Part shown: positions 30,153 through 39,867 of the stretch, piece after piece
How the letters are laid out: each line of letters starts with the position of its first letter
How positions within the stretch are numbered: the stretch's first letter is position 1
Assembly (NCBI GenBank): GCA_965206845.1
Contig: OZ242221.1
Coordinates: 864,001-928,000, forward strand
Direction: 5' to 3'
DNA from: Cenarchaeum sp.
GTDB lineage: Archaea > Thermoproteota > Nitrososphaeria > Nitrososphaerales > Nitrosopumilaceae
Length of the DNA stretch: 64,000 nt
Made by a program: the position numbers and the translations under genes
Notes under the pieces: generated by a model
Databases searched by the model: none
What the model saw: the letters and a program-made list of their open reading frames with translations, nothing else
Told to the model about the DNA's origin: nothing

Positions 30153-31301
30153 ATGAACCCGAGAAGCCTGATCGATGATTTTGCCGGGGCAGAAAAGATC
30201 TACCTCAACAACGCGTCTGTCTCCCTGCTGCCCACGGTCAGCATAAAGGCAATGACTGACTTTCTGGTGACGTATAACCGGGCGGGGCCCGACTCGATGT
30301 ACGCCGACTCGTACGTCGCCGGAAACCTGCGGAGCACGAGAAAGGTGATATCGGAGATGATCGGGTGCAGGCCAGAAGAGATAGCTCTCACACAAAGCAC
30401 CACGGACGGGATAAACATGGTTGCCAGCGGCATCAAGCTTCCGCCACACTCCAACATCATACTCCGCGGGGCCGCCCACGAGCACCATGCAAACTACTAC
30501 CCGTGGCTCAACCTTTCAAAGAGGGCCGGGATAAAGAGTCTGGAGATAGACGACAACGGGTTCTTTGATATGCGCCAGCTGAAGAGTGCGATCGATAGCA
30601 ATACCCGACTGGTGGCCCTAAGTCATGCGCTGTACAATACGGGCGCCATACTCCCCATACAGGAGGTGGGTGAGATTCTGGGGAAGGAGAACATCCCATT
30701 CTTTGTGGACGCGGCGCAGACTGTCGGCTGTGCTGGCAGTTTCGATGTCGGGGCGCTGGGGTGCAATTTCATGTCATTTAACGGATCCAAGTGGCTGTGC
30801 GGTCCCATGGGGACGGGACTGTTCTACTGCAGAAGAGACTCCGGCAGTCTGCTCGAGCCCACACAAATTGGCTACGAGTCGGCCATGATATACGATGGGG
30901 ACCAGCTGGCGTTCAAGGATGCGCCGGACAGGTTCCAGGCAGGATTTCGGAACTATGTCGGCATGGTGGGATTGGAGGCATCGGCAAGATATCTGCTGGA
31001 GCACGGCCTGCAGAACATCAGGCGAAGGATCATCGTGCTCGCAGACCAGCTGCGTGACGGACTGGCAGAGATTCCGGGGGTTACGCTGTATGGGCCAGCC
31101 GAGCAGGAACGCAGAACCAGCATAGTCTCGTTTACCGTGGCCGGACACAGTCCAAAGCAGATAGTAGAGAGGATGGAGATGAGGGGCATCGTGCTTGCAG
31201 AGCGGGAGAGCCTTGACAAGAAGATGGTCAGGGCGTCGCCGCACCTCTTCAATACAGAGGACGATATTCAAGCGGTAATACGCGCGATCAGGGATCTATA
31301 G
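30153..31301 (+). CDS. class V PLP enzyme (cysteine desulfurase-like)
   Basis: IYLNNAS, EHHAN, VDAAQ and GSKWLCGPMGTG motifs. Confidence 0.9.
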   Translation: MNPRSLIDDFAGAEKIYLNNASVSLLPTVSIKAMTDFLVTYNRAGPDSMYADSYVAGNLRSTRKVISEMIGCRPEEIALTQSTTDGINMVASGIKLPPHSNIILRGAAHEHHANYYPWLNLSKRAGIKSLEIDDNGFFDMRQLKSAIDSNTRLVALSHALYNTGAILPIQEVGEILGKENIPFFVDAAQTVGCAGSFDVGALGCNFMSFNGSKWLCGPMGTGLFYCRRDSGSLLEPTQIGYESAMIYDGDQLAFKDAPDRFQAGFRNYVGMVGLEASARYLLEHGLQNIRRRIIVLADQLRDGLAEIPGVTLYGPAEQERRTSIVSFTVAGHSPKQIVERMEMRGIVLAERESLDKKMVRASPHLFNTEDDIQAVIRAIRDL

Positions 31302-31562
31302 GCCTTCTTGCTCTTCGATTACTATCATTGTAAGCGTGGATTGTACATTCGGAACCTTGCGGATTCTGTTTGTGATGAGTGTCCGTAGTTTTTCCGTGCT
31401 GTCTGCGGTCAGTTTCAGAACTATATCATACACACCATACACGCCCTGAACCTCAAAGGCAATGCCGGATTCACCATCCAGCAGTTGCTTTACCTCGGTA
31501 ATTATTGATCTGTCCGAACCCAGATCTGAGTTGAGCAGAACATAAGATGTTGGCACATCCAA
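31296..31562 (-). CDS. Lrp/AsnC ligand-binding (RAM) domain protein
   Basis: GVYGVYDIVLKL...IRKVPNVQSTLTMIV. Confidence 0.88.
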   Translation of the reverse strand: MDVPTSYVLLNSDLGSDRSIITEVKQLLDGESGIAFEVQGVYGVYDIVLKLTADSTEKLRTLITNRIRKVPNVQSTLTMIVIEEQEGL

Positions 31563-31807
31563 TTTTTCTTTAGAAGGTATTTAACTCTTAACAGAAGGCA
31601 GCGTACCGTATCGCGCCTTTCCCATTTAGGTACGGATGCGCACATTTCGGATGAGTGTTTGCGCACGTTCCGATGCAGCAGACAGCCAAGTACAGAACGG
31701 CGCGTGAGAAGACGGCCAGACGTACAAACCGCGCACAAACGACTGGCAGCCGCTCCGTGTACTGCAGGCGCATCAACACTGATTAGCGGCAACGCCATCG
31801 GCTTGAC

Positions 31808-32479
31808 ATGAAGCCGATAGATCTCACAATGAGCATATCGCCCAGACTGCCCACCTTTCCGGGCTCGCCGGGCCCGCAGTTTGTTCAGTGGAATAGGATA
31901 CACGACTCGGGATACAACTTGGAGCTCGTCTTTTTTAGCACGCATACGGGAACGCATCTGGACGCGCCGTACCACTTTGCGGAGGGCGGCAGAAAGATAC
32001 ACCAGGTTCCCGTCGGCCGGTTGATGCGACGCGCGTCCCTGATAAGGTTGCCAGGGTCAGACAATCGAGGCATAACCGTAGATGACATAACCGGCTTTGA
32101 GGACAGATCTGGTCCCATAAAGAGGGACGACACACTCATCTTCAATACTGGCTGGAGCGGGCAGGTTGGCCGCGCATCGTACTTTGAGAGGAATCCGGGG
32201 CTGACGGCAGACGCCGCCATATACATCGCGGCAAAGGGGGTAAATCTGGTTGGAATCGATTCGCCCAGTATAGACTTGGGCACTGCCCGAGGCTTTCCGG
32301 CTCACGGCATACTGGCGGAGAATGACATTCTGATACTGGAGAACCTGATAAACCTGGAGAAGATCCGCGGCGCGCACTTTGACCTGGTGGTGCTGCCGTT
32401 AAAGATTCATGGAGCTACCGGTTCCCCGGTTCGGGCTGTTGCGGTTCAGCGCACAAACACGAAACGGTTGGATTTGTAG
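31808..32479 (+). CDS. cyclase family protein (kynurenine formamidase-like)
   Basis: HTGTHLDAPYHF, GIDSPSID and GSPVRAVA motifs. Confidence 0.92.
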   Translation: MKPIDLTMSISPRLPTFPGSPGPQFVQWNRIHDSGYNLELVFFSTHTGTHLDAPYHFAEGGRKIHQVPVGRLMRRASLIRLPGSDNRGITVDDITGFEDRSGPIKRDDTLIFNTGWSGQVGRASYFERNPGLTADAAIYIAAKGVNLVGIDSPSIDLGTARGFPAHGILAENDILILENLINLEKIRGAHFDLVVLPLKIHGATGSPVRAVAVQRTNTKRLDL

Positions 32480-33507
32480 TTTCGGGAGAGTTCGCCGACT
32501 ATGGGAAGCTGGTTTTTGCAGGACAGGCACCGGTTGTTCTCATCCAGGTTCCATGCCCGGATATCAAAGCCGAACCTCTCGATTGCCGTGGCGCCGCAGC
32601 GGAAGCAGATCGTGTGCTCCAGGGGATGGCCGGGCACGTTTCCCAGATAGGCGTACTCTAGCCCCACCTCCTTTGCCACGTGGTGGTGCCTCTCCAGCGT
32701 CCTAACCGGGGTCGCCTCCAGGTCCATCATCTTGTAGTCCGGATGAAACCGCAAAAAGTGGATTGGTGTATCAGAGCCCAGCTCGTCGTACACAAACTCG
32801 CACAGTTTTCTTGCGTACCGCAGATCGTCGCCTACCTGCGGAACAATGAGATCGGTGATCTCGATGTGGATGTCTGTCTTGTCTCTTATCTCTAGGAGTG
32901 TGTCAAAGATCGGCTGCGGGTCGGGCACCCCGATGTATCTCTTGGTAAAGCCGGGTTCTGCGCTGCCCTTAAAGTCCACGGTTATGCAGTCCAGAAACTC
33001 ACCCATCATCTCCACCGTCTGGGGTGTGTCGTACCCGTTTGAGACAAAGACGTTGTACAGCCCGTTCTTGCGAGCGATGACTCCAACATCCCTGGCAAAC
33101 TCGATAAAGATGGACGGCTGGTTATACGTATAGGCGATTCCGTCAGCCCCGTACTCCAGGGCGGTCTGCACCACCTCGCGGGGCGTCATATCCTGTCCCT
33201 CTACGCGCCTCCTCTGGCTGATATCATGGTTCTGGCAGTACCGGCATAGCCAGTTGCACCCGGTGGTGGCTATGGAGAGTACCCTGGAGCCGGGGTGAAA
33301 GTGAACCGCGGGCTTCTTTTCTATCGGATCAACGTGGCCCGCAATCACCTTGCCGTATACAAAGAGATCCAGCCTCCCGTCCGTGTTGCCGCGAATTCCG
33401 CACAGGCCAATCTGTCCTGGCGCCACCTCGCAGTATCTGGCGCATGCGGTACACCGCACCTTCTGCTGGGGCAGCTTCTCGTAAAGGGTGGCCTCCTTGC
33501 CCGTCAT
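32446..33507 (-). CDS. AmmeMemoRadiSam radical SAM enzyme
   Basis: CTACARYC, DPIEKKP, GCNWLCRYCQN and RFHPDY motifs. Confidence 0.92.
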   Translation of the reverse strand: MTGKEATLYEKLPQQKVRCTACARYCEVAPGQIGLCGIRGNTDGRLDLFVYGKVIAGHVDPIEKKPAVHFHPGSRVLSIATTGCNWLCRYCQNHDISQRRRVEGQDMTPREVVQTALEYGADGIAYTYNQPSIFIEFARDVGVIARKNGLYNVFVSNGYDTPQTVEMMGEFLDCITVDFKGSAEPGFTKRYIGVPDPQPIFDTLLEIRDKTDIHIEITDLIVPQVGDDLRYARKLCEFVYDELGSDTPIHFLRFHPDYKMMDLEATPVRTLERHHHVAKEVGLEYAYLGNVPGHPLEHTICFRCGATAIERFGFDIRAWNLDENNRCLSCKNQLPIVGELSRNYKSNRFVFVR

Positions 33508-33714
33508 CCATTCTACTACAGGCTGTTCGCATATAAGATAGTACGGGTTGTTGCGCCATCCTGGCCGCAGTCACTATCTGCGGTTTGGCCCCTCCTGCTC
33601 GTGTGTGCGGGAGCCGTGTCTGGCAGTGCGCCGGCCGGTTCGGCCGTGAAAGCGTTGCGACAACCCCCAAGTGCCACAGCAACCCTAAAAGCGTGGCAGG
33701 ACCACCACGTATCG

Positions 33715-34209
33715 ATGAGCAAGGCAGGGAATGCGTGGCGAAGGATGCACGGACGGATCACAAAGAAACCCACCAATTTTTCATGGCTCATCGAGGAGAG
33801 GCTGGCCGGTTCAGGAATGCCCACCACGTACGACGAGTTTGACTGGGTAATGCAGCAGGGCGTCCGAGCCGTGGTGACCATGACCGAGAACCCGCTGCCC
33901 GACCGGTGGACGTCGAACGTGGACTATCTCCACGTTCCGACACAGGATCTTGCGGCCCCCAGCATAGACGGCATAGACGCGGCAGTGGATTTTGTGCACC
34001 GGCATGTGTCAAAGGACCAGCCAGCCATGGTGCACTGCGCCGCGGGTCTGGGCAGGGCGGGAACCATACTCGCATGCTATCTGATTCGACACAAAAATTA
34101 CTCTGCGCGGGAGGCCATATCCGAGATAAGGCAGAAGCGGCCGGGATCCATACAATCAGACGCGCAGGAGCTTGTCGTGTCGTTTTATGAGAGGCACGTC
34201 AGGGGCTAG
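33715..34209 (+). CDS. dual-specificity protein phosphatase
   Basis: VHCAAGLGRAG active site; start MSKAGN. Confidence 0.92.
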   Translation: MSKAGNAWRRMHGRITKKPTNFSWLIEERLAGSGMPTTYDEFDWVMQQGVRAVVTMTENPLPDRWTSNVDYLHVPTQDLAAPSIDGIDAAVDFVHRHVSKDQPAMVHCAAGLGRAGTILACYLIRHKNYSAREAISEIRQKRPGSIQSDAQELVVSFYERHVRG

Positions 34210-34362
34210 TTATTCTGGAATCGACTCTGAGACCATCTTTCCGTCAACTATTCTGATCTTTAGGAACCTGTTGTCCTTGAAGACCAGCGTCAGGCCGCCC
34301 TCACTGTCCGGATCTTCCACCTTTACCAAATCCTGCATTCTGATTCCGTCAAACTTTGCCAT
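34210..34362 (-). CDS. 50-aa hypothetical protein, paralog B
   Basis: MAKFDGIRMQDLVKVEDPDSEGGLTLVFKDNRFLKIRIVDGKMVSESIPE. Confidence 0.8.
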   Translation of the reverse strand: MAKFDGIRMQDLVKVEDPDSEGGLTLVFKDNRFLKIRIVDGKMVSESIPE

Positions 34363-34366
34363 TGTA

Positions 34367-34519
34367 TCACTCCGGAATCGAGACCGTCTCGATCTTGCCA
34401 TCGACTGGCGTGATAAAGAGAAACCGGTTGTCTTTGAAGATGATGGTTATTCCGCCCTCCTTGTCGGGCTCCTCTACCTCCAATACCGGCTGTCCCAGCA
34501 GCCCATCATACTTTGCCAT
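34367..34519 (-). CDS. 50-aa hypothetical protein, paralog A (not in ORF track)
   Basis: Translated by hand: MAKYDGLLGQPVLEVEEPDKEGGITIIFKDNRFLFITPVDGKIETVSIPE; aligns without gaps to its neighbour. Confidence 0.8.
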   Translation of the reverse strand: MAKYDGLLGQPVLEVEEPDKEGGITIIFKDNRFLFITPVDGKIETVSIPE

Positions 34520-34550
34520 CGAGTTATCCAAGCTGCAGTGGGCCATAACC

Positions 34551-35081
34551 CTAATTTATGATTAGCTCGATCTCCGGGCTGTTGTTCTTGCAGCTCTGGG
34601 AGGGGATAAACTCGTGCTTCTGCCACGAGGCCTGCACCTCGGCGGATATGGCGTGTCTTCCAGATCCCAGCTCGGATGCCTGGAAGGAGATCCCCTCGTC
34701 AAAATCAAACAGCTCCTCCCTCACCTCCTCCTCGGTAAGCCGGATAAACGGCTTGAAGTTCTTTGCAACCTGAACCCAGACCCGCCGCTCCTTCATGGGA
34801 TTGACAAGCAGGGGATTTCGGGTCCAGAAGATGGATGCCTTTCTGTAGGAGTCTATCTGGCTGCCCAAGGTCCGTTTTCTGAACCCCCCGACCTGCAGCT
34901 TGATGCCGTACTTTAGCTTGAAGACGACATCGTTTTTGTCGTATGCCTGGGTCCATCGCTCCTCGGTGAAGGAGGCCCGAATCTGGCCCACCATGGAGAA
35001 TTTGACGTTGATTGTGATACGCTCGTCTGCGGAAAACCGATCCTTTGAACCCACCAGCTCCATGTTTGAAATCTGACTCAT
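34551..35081 (-). CDS. conserved hypothetical protein
   Basis: 176-aa ORF with protein-like composition, heads a 3-gene run. Confidence 0.75.
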   Translation of the reverse strand: MSQISNMELVGSKDRFSADERITINVKFSMVGQIRASFTEERWTQAYDKNDVVFKLKYGIKLQVGGFRKRTLGSQIDSYRKASIFWTRNPLLVNPMKERRVWVQVAKNFKPFIRLTEEEVREELFDFDEGISFQASELGSGRHAISAEVQASWQKHEFIPSQSCKNNSPEIELIIN

Positions 35082-35620
35082 GCATGCCAGCTGTTTTGTA
35101 TCCCTGTAATATTCCTACAGGTTCGGATCTCGGGCCGTGGGGCTCGTGCGTGGACTGGGAGGTTTGGGGATGCCGGGGTACGGCGCGGGCCGCACCCGGA
35201 CGTGCCCGTGCGTTCTGCATTAGGCACGGATACGTGAGTGGGCGCCTAGCCTCCGTGCGACCGGTGCACGCCATGGTGGCCACCTGCCAGGCTCGTCTGG
35301 AATCCCGCGCCGCGTGGGGGTTGACCCAGAATCCGGCTGCGTGTGCGCGCACGCCTCGCCACACAGAGCGGCCAGAGTGGGAGTCACGGCAGCCGCGGCG
35401 TGCCCGGCCCACAGGGACAAACCAGGGAGGCATGAATCGCGGCAGGCAGGCCGCCGCAGTCTCACGGCGGTGTCCAGATGTACCGGCTCCCGGCTCAGGT
35501 ATCCGTATTCTGGCGGTGACGCCAGACGGCGCCGCTGGCTGGAGCACTTCTCAGCCCTGCAGCAGGTCAAAAGATTTATTGTCTCTTGCAATACGGGATT
35601 AATGGAGGCAATAGACAGGT

Positions 35621-36382
35621 TTGACGTTTGTAGCAAAGACTGGTGGTTCAGATGGGATAAAGGCAATCACCTCTGCCATATCCACTCTAGTAGAGGAGGC
35701 CACCTTTGTCGCAAACGCCGAAGGAATTACATTCCGCGGAATGGATCCTTCGCATGTGGCCCTGATAGATATTCTATGGCCCAACTCCGCCTTTGAGAGA
35801 TACGAGTGCGACAGCGACATAAAATTCGGGGTGCGGGTAGACGAGTTCTCAAAGCTGATCAAGAGGGCAAGCAAGAAGGACGACATTGAGATAAGCATCT
35901 CAGAGAACAACATGCTTTTAGTCACAATAGGCAAGAACAAAAAGTACAAGATGCGGCTGATTGAGAGCTCCGTCACAGACACTCCGCTACCAAAGATTAC
36001 CTTTGACGTAAAGATTGGGCTTACCACGGGCACCTTTGACAAGATACTGGGCGATGTGCATGTGGTGTCTGACTATCTTACCATATCCACCACCGAGTCT
36101 GGCGCCGTGTTCTCGGGAAAGGGAGACGCAGGCGAGGTAACAATCGGGATGAGTCTGGGGAAGGAGGAGGACGATGCAGACTCGATAAAGAGCATGGATG
36201 TAAAGGCCGACGGCACCGGATCCTACAGCCTCGAATACCTCAATCCCATAGTAAAGGCGGTGGGATCCACCGCCGAGATCATCACATGCGAGTACTCGGA
36301 GTCAAAGCCGCTCCGCATAGAATTCATGGTGGCAAACATCGGCAGAATCCACTTTTACCTAGCACCCCGCGTCGACAACTAA
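35621..36382 (+). CDS. pcn: DNA sliding clamp PCNA
   Basis: GMDPSHVALIDI, YSLEYL and FYLAPRV motifs. Confidence 0.95.
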   Translation: MTFVAKTGGSDGIKAITSAISTLVEEATFVANAEGITFRGMDPSHVALIDILWPNSAFERYECDSDIKFGVRVDEFSKLIKRASKKDDIEISISENNMLLVTIGKNKKYKMRLIESSVTDTPLPKITFDVKIGLTTGTFDKILGDVHVVSDYLTISTTESGAVFSGKGDAGEVTIGMSLGKEEDDADSIKSMDVKADGTGSYSLEYLNPIVKAVGSTAEIITCEYSESKPLRIEFMVANIGRIHFYLAPRVDN

Positions 36383-36416
36383 AGATTTAAGTTAATTCGG
36401 GCAATTAGAGCTGAAA

Positions 36417-37835
36417 GTGAAGATTGTCATAAAATATGGTGGTACCTCACTTTCCACCGCCAAACAGATCAAAGACATAGCCGGGTTTGTGTCAGACAAT
36501 TCAAAGAAGAATGATCTGGTGGTGGTGTGCTCTGCGATAAAAGAGACCACCGACCGCCTGATCGAGATATCGGCACAGGTCAACCGGGGCAACAGAGCTT
36601 GCGCAAAGCAGACGGTTACGCAGCTCATCCGTACCCACAGAAGGCTTGCAAGACAAACTATCACAGACCTTCAAAACAGGAACAGTCTGCTGGACTCGCT
36701 GAAGGACGACTTTGTCGAGCTTACCGAGCTGGTCGACGGCATAGTGCTGCTAGGCGAGATCACGCCGCGCTCCAAGGATTATCTTCTCTCGTTTGGCGAG
36801 AGGCTCTCAATAAAGATAGTTGCCCATGCAATAGCCGATCGGGGAACACGGTCACAGTCCATCACCGGCAGCGATGCGGGGATCGTTACCGATTCGAATT
36901 TTGGGGAGTCAAAGCCCCTGATGGATACCACCACACTGCGGGTCTCAAAGACGATCGGTAAGATACTGGCCGGAGGAATGATACCGGTGATAGGTGGGTT
37001 TGCCGGGGCAGACCAACATGGCCACATCACCACGTTTGGCCGCGGCGGCTCGGACTACACGGCCACCATAATAGGGGTGTGCATGCAAGCAGATGAGATA
37101 TGGCTGATGACCGATGTGGACGGATTGATGACTGCGGATCCCAGCATCGTAAAAGATGCCATACTACTCCGGGAGGTTTCATACGTAGAGGCGACGGAGA
37201 TGGCGCTGTTTGGGGCAAAGCAGATCCACCCCCGTACGTTTGAGCCGCTGCTGACAAAAAAGATACTCATGCGGGTGCGCAGTACCAGCAATACGTCAAA
37301 CCCCGGAACGCTGATAACACCCTCCCCGAGCACGCGGGAAGAGAAGACGATCAAGTGCGTCAGCGTGAGGCGGCACAACGGGCTTGTCGACATCCGGAGC
37401 GGCAATATGGTGGGCGCCCGGGGCACCGCGGCCAAGATCTTCTCCACCCTGGCAAAGGCCGGCGTCAACATCACGATGATCTCCCAGAGCCCATCGGAGT
37501 CCAGCATATCCGTAGTGGTAAATAGTACCGATCTGGACGGGGCGATAAACGCGCTCGAGACTGAGCTGCTGGGCGGGATAATCAAAAGGCTGGAAGTCAC
37601 CGTAGATGTTGCGGTTGTTGCCCTGATAGGCTCCGGCATGAGGGGCACCGTGGGCATCGCCGCGAAGGTGTTTGGGGCGGTTGCCAGGCACAACATAAAC
37701 GTGGCAATGATCGCTCAGGGTTCGTCGGAGCTGGATCTGGCCTTTGTGGTAAAGGACGAGGATGCCGAGTCCGCCGTAATGGCCCTTCATGAGGAGTGCG
37801 AGCTCTCCTCGATCAACCAGCGTTTCGGAGTGTAG
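36417..37835 (+). CDS. lysC: aspartate kinase
   Basis: KYGGTS, SFGERLS, GRGGSDYTA and two ACT domains. Confidence 0.93.
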   Translation: MKIVIKYGGTSLSTAKQIKDIAGFVSDNSKKNDLVVVCSAIKETTDRLIEISAQVNRGNRACAKQTVTQLIRTHRRLARQTITDLQNRNSLLDSLKDDFVELTELVDGIVLLGEITPRSKDYLLSFGERLSIKIVAHAIADRGTRSQSITGSDAGIVTDSNFGESKPLMDTTTLRVSKTIGKILAGGMIPVIGGFAGADQHGHITTFGRGGSDYTATIIGVCMQADEIWLMTDVDGLMTADPSIVKDAILLREVSYVEATEMALFGAKQIHPRTFEPLLTKKILMRVRSTSNTSNPGTLITPSPSTREEKTIKCVSVRRHNGLVDIRSGNMVGARGTAAKIFSTLAKAGVNITMISQSPSESSISVVVNSTDLDGAINALETELLGGIIKRLEVTVDVAVVALIGSGMRGTVGIAAKVFGAVARHNINVAMIAQGSSELDLAFVVKDEDAESAVMALHEECELSSINQRFGV

Positions 37836-38008
37836 GTTGGCAACAGGCTTCTAGCGCCCGCCTGTCCCTTATGGCGGATGGCCGCGGGGCCGGCATGCCG
37901 GATGCGGTAGAGGTCGTGGCACGGCTGAGTCTGCCCACAGGACGGACACGGGCCGGATCAGGTCTTTTGCCGCACCGAGTTCGGGCCTTGAAAAGTTGAC
38001 AAATTTTG

Positions 38009-38042
38009 TTATAGAATTGCCATTTATATTATAGAATTGCCA
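38009..38042. promoter_or_regulatory. 14-bp direct repeat flanking a TATA-like box upstream of tfb
   Basis: TTATAGAATTGCCA at 38009-38022 and 38029-38042 around TTTATA. Confidence 0.5.
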
Positions 38043-38084
38043 CTATCTGTTTCCTTTTATCCTAATTTGTGTAACTGTATATAA

Positions 38085-39002
38085 ATGGTAAGTAACTATG
38101 CTAGTGATTATGATGCCGAATGTCACCTAGATGCCTGCAAGACACAACCCGCAGTAACAGACTCTGAGCGGGGTGAGGTGTTTTGTGGCGGCTGTGGCCT
38201 TGTTCTGGTTCAGAGCGCGCCGGATGTATTAACTGACGGCCGCCTGTACATCCAAGACAGGCAAGCAGAAAGGACAAGAGTCGGTCCTGCCAGCTCGCTT
38301 ACAATGCACGACAGGGGCCTATCAACTGTGATAGGAAAGGATGTGGACGCAACCGGCCGTGCCGTATCTTCCAGCACAAGGGAGACATTTAACAGGCTGA
38401 GGATCTGGGATCAGAGAAGCAGAACGCGTTCTTCCTCATCGCTGGCTAAGGCACTGACTATTTTGAATGCGACAAAGACCAAGCTGGGAATTCCCAGCCT
38501 CATACTTGAAGACGCGGCATCAATATACCGGAAGGCTGTTTCTGCCAAGCTTACCAGAGGACGCACAATGCAATCGCTGGTTGCCGCCTCGCTCTATGCA
38601 GCATGCAGAAGAACCGGCACGCCCAGAAGTCTGGATGATGTGGCAGGTGCGGCAAATGTCGCAAAGAGGGTGCTCTCAAGGGATCTCCGCATGTTGATCA
38701 GGAGTCTTGACATGGATCTGAACCAGTATGATACGTCTGCATTTGTTGTGAGGCTTGCCAACAACCTCAACCTCCGGGAGAGGATAAAGCGAGACGCCCT
38801 AGACATCTTGGCAAGGTCGGAGAAGGAGAGAATTACGGTGGGGAAGCACCCTGTGGCGCAGGCCGCCGCGTCACTGTATCTGTCGTGCATTATGAACGGG
38901 GAGAAGATAACCCAGAAGGGATTCGCGCAGGCAGCGGGCGTAAGCGACGTCACCATAAGAAACAGAATGGCACAGATCAGAGAGACTCTCCAGATGCGCT
39001 AG
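38085..39002 (+). CDS. tfb: transcription initiation factor IIB paralog
   Basis: Zn ribbon GEVFCGGCGLV, HDRGLST and two cyclin repeats (AASLY, GVSDVTIRNR). Confidence 0.93.
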   Translation: MVSNYASDYDAECHLDACKTQPAVTDSERGEVFCGGCGLVLVQSAPDVLTDGRLYIQDRQAERTRVGPASSLTMHDRGLSTVIGKDVDATGRAVSSSTRETFNRLRIWDQRSRTRSSSSLAKALTILNATKTKLGIPSLILEDAASIYRKAVSAKLTRGRTMQSLVAASLYAACRRTGTPRSLDDVAGAANVAKRVLSRDLRMLIRSLDMDLNQYDTSAFVVRLANNLNLRERIKRDALDILARSEKERITVGKHPVAQAAASLYLSCIMNGEKITQKGFAQAAGVSDVTIRNRMAQIRETLQMR

Positions 39003-39225
39003 TGGCACCCGCCAATCTGCCGTAACAATACAACTGCCGGGATGGCGCGCCGGAGTTTGTGCCTGGATCTCGTACCGGCGGCAGTGATGTTGGCTCCAGT
39101 GTTCCGATCAATAAGACCGTGCCTGTGATGGGATGGTTCATGCCACGTGTGGCGCTGATGTGCGGACGGGTCACTGCATGTTGGGTCTTTTATCGGTTTG
39201 CGACGGGTCACGTCCGTAGCGTGAA

Positions 39226-39537
39226 CTAGGAGTAGTTCCGCCAGGTGTATTTGCATTTTACGCACCGGTAAAACTGGGTGGTGGGCTCGTCAGCGCTGCG
39301 CGTCTGCAGCATCCACCAGACTGCCTCGTCATGCCCGCACTTGCCGCAGTCGATCTTTATAGTAGGAAGGACCTCCCGTCCCTCCGACTCGTCTAGTACA
39401 TTGAATCCGGAATCGCTAGTATCCGTGCTGGGCGCATCGACATGAACCGCGGCGGCCTCTGAGTAATCGCACTTGTTACACCTCAGCCCAGTGAGTCCCG
39501 TCTTTAGACGCGTCTGACACACGGGACAGAACTTCAT
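39226..39537 (-). CDS. tfs: transcription factor S (TFS/RpoM-like)
   Basis: MKFCPVC and QTRSADEPTTQFYRCVKC motifs. Confidence 0.92.
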   Translation of the reverse strand: MKFCPVCQTRLKTGLTGLRCNKCDYSEAAAVHVDAPSTDTSDSGFNVLDESEGREVLPTIKIDCGKCGHDEAVWWMLQTRSADEPTTQFYRCVKCKYTWRNYS

Positions 39538-39539
39538 AG

Positions 39540-39821
39540 CTAGCTCTCCCGTATCGTTAATTTGAACAAACTCTCCAACTCTTCGATGTTTTTGGCTGCT
39601 ACATCCGCTGCATCGGTAACTGCCTTGACGGGTTCGCTCTCGTTTGTGCTTACGCGCATCCAGCATTCCTTGGTGAGGGGATGCTTAACCATGACTCCAG
39701 CAAAGTTTATGTCCTGATTCTTGAGAAGTTCGTGCTGAATTATGTACAGTGCCCCTATATCGGACTCCTTAACTGACAGATTGATCTCGTCAGAAGAAGA
39801 GCTTAGTTTTTCGACTTTCAT
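39540..39821 (-). CDS. rpoL: RNA polymerase subunit L (Rpo11)
   Basis: FAGVMVKHPL motif; adjacent to TFS. Confidence 0.88.
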   Translation of the reverse strand: MKVEKLSSSSDEINLSVKESDIGALYIIQHELLKNQDINFAGVMVKHPLTKECWMRVSTNESEPVKAVTDAADVAAKNIEELESLFKLTIRES

Positions 39822-39867
39822 ATGTTTCTGGCAGTCCACTTTATGGATATAAATCAAGAGGTGTATG

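Noticed and set aside
33295-33714. N-terminal extension of the phosphatase ORF (similarly 52427-52741 and 28841-29035)
   Set aside because: Extensions overlap divergent genes or cross IS boundaries; the domains begin at downstream starts
34705-35602. GC-rich ORFs upstream of PCNA
   Set aside because: Arg/Pro/Ala-rich with no motifs; likely non-coding spacer
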